The notes beneath the pieces are model-generated. The model saw nothing but the letters and a program-made list of their open reading frames with translations, searched no databases and was not told the origin of the DNA. DNA of 55,943 bases, taken from NCBI RefSeq assembly GCF_001194135.2, contig NC_068985.1, forward strand, positions 31,616,968 to 31,672,910, in the 5' to 3' direction. The position numbers were made by a program, and so were the translations under genes. This document shows positions 51,355 to 55,943 of the stretch, piece after piece. The stretch's first letter is position 1. Each line of letters starts with the position of its first letter. The DNA is from Octopus bimaculoides (lineage: Eukaryota).

Positions 51355-51890
51355 AATGATGATGATGATCCTAAAAACAGGAATTTTGGACTCACTTATG
51401 TCACACATTGGAAGGCTGCACCAGTATGATTTGGCATGGTTTTCTAGGGCTGAATACGCTTCCTAACACCAACCACTCAGAGAGTGTAATGGGTGCTTTT
51501 ATGTGCCACTGGCACGGGTGCCATTTGTGTGACACTGGGGTATGTTTACATACCACTGGCATGGGTGTCAATTTGCGTGACACTGGTATCTGCCATGACT
51601 GTGACTTTGCTCGACTTGATGGGTCCTTTTCTCAAGCACGATATAATGTCAAAGGTCCCAGTCAATGCCTCTGTGAGGCCCAACACTCAAAAGGAACTCA
51701 GCCATCTTGCCTCAATCAGGCCTAATGCTTGAAAGGAACTGAGCCAGCTTTGCCACTGTGAGGCCCAAAAGATGTTCTTTATGTGCTACCAGTACAAGCA
51801 CACTTGGCTTCATGGGTCCTCTCAAGCACAACACATTGCCAAATTCCTGGCAGAGTGAATTGCATCATGGAGATGTTTTTCTCACAGAAG
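51355..51890 (-). mobile_element. Degenerate RTE 3' end
   Basis: acgcttcctaacaccaaccactcagagagtgtaatgggtgctttt and decayed UTR repeats. Confidence 0.65.
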
Positions 51891-51989
51891 GTGCCCAATT
51901 GACCCTACTATACTGTGTAGTCGGCAAAATCAAAGCAAACAATGTGCATGTGCAAAATTCAAAATATAAAATAGTAATAATTTAGCCAT

Positions 51990-52082
51990 TGCACCCTGTA
52001 TATTCATATATTTTGTGTATGTGTATATAGATATAAATATATATATGTATGTGTATATGTATATGTATGTGTGTATATATAT

Positions 52083-52128
<46 letters not shown>

Positions 52129-53218
52129 NNNNNNNNNNNNNNNNNNNNNNNNNNNNNNNNNNNNNNNNNNNNNNNNNNNNNNNNNNNNNNNNNNNNNNNN
52201 NNNNNNNNNNNNNNNNNNNNNNNNNNNNNNNNNNNNNNNNNNNNNNNNNNNNNNNNNNNNNNNNNNNNNNNNNNNNNNNNNNNNNNNNNNNNNNNNNNNN
52301 NNNNNNNNNNNNNNNNNNNNNNNNNNNNNNNNNNNNNNNNNNNNNNNNNNNNNNNNNNNNNNNNNNNNNNNNNNNNNNNNNNNNNNNNNNTATATATTGT
52401 GTACATACATTTTATATATATATATATATATTAGTCGCGACTCCAGCACTTGGGCTGTTCGGGCTTAACCCGAGTATAAATTTAGTAAAGTGAATGTGTA
52501 TTTGCAAGCTGATTTAATTTCTGCCAACACTGACTTCAGCTATGTAATTACAGCCAATAACTTGGGCTCCTTTTATTGAGCCTGGTCGCAGTTCATTTAT
52601 TTTTGTTCAACATCTGCCGGTGTCTTAGAAGTGCTCCGTGTCAAAAATTATCATGCGTAACAGACATTCTCTCGACATCGTTCACATGCCCCTGACTCGG
52701 ACTCAGAAGTTACAGCCCGAATTGTTATCTATAATTGTAAAAATTAAAGGTAATTCAAATTCAATGTTTTCTGAAAACAATAGATTTCTATAGAGATTAG
52801 TATTTCAATTCCAATCTATGAAAAGTTTCCGTTCTATAATATTCTTATAGGAACTCAGGCTAATACAAATGAGCCTAGTAGTATGTAAAAAAACTAACTG
52901 GCATCTCTTCTCAAGAGTACAGGAGACAGTCAGATCGCTAATGTTTGTTGTGCACTCCGCTGTCGTTATTTGATTGTCTGTGTGCAAAGATCAGTTATGT
53001 TTTGCAGGGTTGCCTTACTTTAACCCTGAACTTAGAAATAGAGAAAGACATAGAACTAGATATAAAAAATAAGCCATTTTGGGTTAGAAATAAAGTGGGA
53101 AAACCTGAAATTCTTTGAGCATGTATCTTATGCAAAATCTGAGATGAGTCTGAGGGATGCTGATGAACTGGAGTCGCCTGAGATATATATATATATATTG
53201 TGGGCAAACATACATACT

Positions 53219-53258
<40 letters not shown>

Positions 53259-53289
53259 GTGCATACATATATATATATATGTATATAAA

Positions 53290-53325
<36 letters not shown>

Positions 53326-53870
53326 NNNNNNNNNNNNNNNNNNNNNNNNNNNNNNNNNNNNNNNNNNNNNNNNNNNNNNNNNNNNNNNNNNNNNNNNNNN
53401 NNNNNNNNNNNNNNNNNNNNNNNNNNNNNNNNNNNNNNNNNNNNNNNNNNNNNNNNNNNNNNNNNNNNNNNNNNNNNNNNNNNNNNNNNNNNNNNNNNNN
53501 NNNNNNNNNNNNNNNNNNNNNNNNNNNNNNNNNNNNNNNNNNNNNNNNNNNNNNNNNNNNNNNNNNNNNNNNNNNNNNNNNNNNNNNNNNNNNNNNNNNN
53601 NNNNNNNNNNNNNNNNNNNNNNNNNNNNNNNNNNNNNNNNNNNNNNNNNNNNNNNNNNNNNNNNNNNNNNNNNNNNNNNNNNNNNNNNNNNNNNNNNNNN
53701 NNNNNNNNNNNNNNNNNNNNNNNNNNNNNNNNNNNNNNNNNNNNNNNNNNNNNNNNNNNNNNNNNNNNNNNNNNNNNNNNNNNNNNNNNNNNNNNNNNNN
53801 NNNNNNNNNNNNNNNNNNNNNNNNNNNNNNNNNNNNNNNNNNNNNNNNNNNNNNNNNNNNNNNNNNNNNN

Positions 53871-53915
<45 letters not shown>

Positions 53916-53960
53916 GTGCATACAGACATATATATATATATATATACACATATATATGTA
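51990..53960. repeat. (TA)n/(TG)n microsatellite blocks with assembly gaps (other microsatellites at 6990-7120, 9745-9860, 14050-14215, 15450-15810, 16055-16145, 31700-31770, 32130-32220, 40128-40200, 42915-43000, 48000-48100, 55745-55943)
   Basis: Directly visible dinucleotide runs and N blocks. Confidence 0.95.
52431..53185. mobile_element. Possible TIR element inserted in (TA)n
   Basis: GCGACTCCAG (52437-46) and its reverse complement CTGGAGTCGC (53168-77) bracket a CpG-richer block between TA runs. Confidence 0.4.
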
Positions 53961-54055
53961 AGATATAGAAATAAATTTATTTCTCAAATGTGTGATAATG
54001 CTATAAATAGTGTGATCTGGATAAATTATCCATACATTGCAGAAAAATACGTTAC

Positions 54056-54128
54056 TGGCAAGCCATGAGACTCGAACTCACATCTCTGTGATTACGCGTC
54101 AAGTGTTTTACCATTAAACTAAACTGCC
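54056..54128 (-). pseudogene. tRNA-like sequence (Thr-CGT-like), probably a pseudogene or SINE head
   Basis: Minus strand: D arm GTTT-AATGGTA-AAAC, anticodon-position CGT, T arm GTGAG-TTCGAGT-CTCAT. Acceptor and anticodon stems are imperfect. Partial second copy at about 54347-54393. Confidence 0.55.
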
Positions 54129-54530
54129 CAGCAACAAATTCTTCTGCAATTTTAGAACTTATAAATTTTGCTTCATAAGACACTAACGTTAAATTCAACT
54201 TTACGATGAAAATAAACAAAGTTTGTTTTTTAGAAGCGTTGAGAGGGATTGTAAGATACAGAATAAATTTATTTCTCAAACGCGTGATAATGTTATAAAT
54301 AGCGTGATCAGGATAAATTATCCATACATTGCAGAAAAATACGTTACTGGCCAGACATGAGACTCAAACTCACATCTCTGTGATTACGCGTCAAATAAAT
54401 TTATTTCTGTATCTTACAATACATCTCAACGCTTCTAAAAAACAAACTTTGTTTATTTTCATCGTAAAGTAGAATTTAACATTAGCGTCTTATGAAACTA
54501 AATTTATAAGTTCTAAAATTGCAGAAGAAG

Positions 54531-54591
54531 TCGCGTATTGTCCTTGCCTTCGAAACGCGGAGTAGATGAACAGGGACAACTGATGACGAGG
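54531..54591 (+). ncRNA. Hammerhead-like motif with rearranged strand order
   Basis: CUGAUGA (54580-86), GAAA (54552-55) and GUA (54535-37) with in-register stems I (9 bp) and III (6 bp) and a partial stem II; see findings. Confidence 0.45.
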
Positions 54592-54861
54592 AATATTCTT
54601 TATGTTGCATATCTCGTTTCTCTGTTTGTCTTTTCGTTGTTCGAAAAAAGTTTGTTTACTGTTTTCATCTTTATGTTGTCATTTCTCATTGTGTTTAACG
54701 TTTTTTTGTGATGTCCTATACCCATATATGCATGTATGTATGCATATAGATGTAGGTATGTGCATATATGTATGGATATATGCTTATATTTATAAATTAT
54801 TTATATTATTATATGATCGAATGCCACACATCCTTTTCCAAGTATATATATATATATATAT

Positions 54862-55735
54862 ATATCATCATCATCATCATTTAACATCTGCTTTCCATGC
54901 TAGCATGGGTTGGACGATTTCACTGAGGACTGGTGAACCAGATGGCTACACGAGGCTCCAATCTGATTTGGCAGAGTTTCTACAGCTGGATGCCCTTCCT
55001 AACGCCAACCACTCCGAGAGTGTAGTGGGTGCTTTTACATGCCACTGGCACGAAGGCCAGTCAGGCAGCACTGGTAATGGCCACGCTCAAAATGGTGTAT
55101 TTTATGTGCAACCTGCACAGGAGCCAGTCAGGCGACACTGGCAACGACCTCGCTCGAATGTCTTTTCACGTGTCACCGGCACAAGTGCCAGGAAGGTGAC
55201 ACTGGTAACGATTATGCTCAAATGGTGCTATTTATGTGCCACTGACACAGAAGCCAGACAGCTGCTCTGGCAACGATCACACTCAGAAGGTGCTCTTAGC
55301 GTACCACTGGTATAGGTGTATAAGGATTTTGCTTTCACTTGCCCCAACAGGTCTTCGCAAGCTGAGTTTAGTGTCCAATGAAGGAGACGTTGGCATGGGT
55401 TCCAGTCGTCGAATTTAGTTTGATTTCGATTTNNNNNNNNNNGGGTTCCAGTCGTCGAATTTAGTTTGATTTCGATTTCACTTGCCTCAACAGGTCTTCG
55501 CAAGCGGAGTTTAGTGTCCAATGAAGGAAAGGTACGCATAAGTGGGCTGGCCATATCCATGGCAGAGGCCTTGGATATTGGTCTCACTTGGCCTGCCGGG
55601 TCTTCTCACGCACAGCATATTTCTAAAGGTCACGGTCACAAGTCATTGCCTCGGTGAGGCCTAATGTTCGAAGGTCGTGCTTCACCACCTCATCCCAGGT
55701 CTTCCTGGGTCTACCTGTTCCACAGGTTCCCTCAA
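54862..55735 (-). mobile_element. RTE LINE 3' end with minisatellite UTR
   Basis: (CAT)n tail at 54865, about 60-bp repeats 55030-55310, coding tail caccacctcatcccaggtcttcctgggtctacc (GRPRKTWDEVV on the minus strand). Confidence 0.88.
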
Positions 55736-55766
55736 GCGCTAATATGTATCATATATTATCATATAA

Positions 55767-55797
<31 letters not shown>

Positions 55798-55871
55798 AAT
55801 ATTTATATTTATATATAATATATATATATATATATAAATATATATATTTATATATATATAAATATATGTTA

Positions 55872-55904
<33 letters not shown>

Positions 55905-55943
55905 AATATATGTTAATATATATAAATATATATATATATATAT

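Noticed and set aside
51930-53987. Long ORFs of 139-330 aa
   Set aside because: Made of N runs and (TA)n translations (IYIY, X); not genes.
54602-55315. 237-aa ORF ending in HHHHHL...ASMGW
   Set aside because: Read-through of low-complexity DNA into the antisense RTE 3'UTR.

Overview
AT-rich, repeat-dense animal genomic DNA with several N gaps. It is most likely octopus (inference from the RTE-LINE 3' ends with (GAT)n tails, the tRNA-derived SINE families and the microsatellite load). Most of the sequence is decayed mobile DNA: RTE, L1/Tx1-like and HERO-like non-LTR elements, a Ty3/gypsy gag-pro-RT fragment, Tc1, mariner and pogo remnants, hAT/Tigger/piggyBac-like MITEs, SINEs and hammerhead-bearing Penelope-like pieces. 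Nearly all listed ORFs are TE- or microsatellite-derived. The only host genes I can support form a tandem + strand family of two-exon genes for small secreted prepropeptides that I do not recognise. It has two intact copies (CDS 12951-13205 and 30684-30959), two pseudogenised coding exons (about 35410 and 38194) and three homologous TATA/Inr/non-coding exon-1 modules (about 11.6, 27.8 and 46.7 kb), the last with no coding exon in the window. Signal peptide, splice acceptor and 3'UTR are conserved. The mature region is divergent except for a C-terminal E-x-[YF]-x-[IV]-S-D-P-F-P motif. A second highlight is a hammerhead-ribozyme-like motif at 54531-54591 whose three strands lie in a non-circularly permuted order. 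All alignments were done by eye and TE boundaries are approximate.
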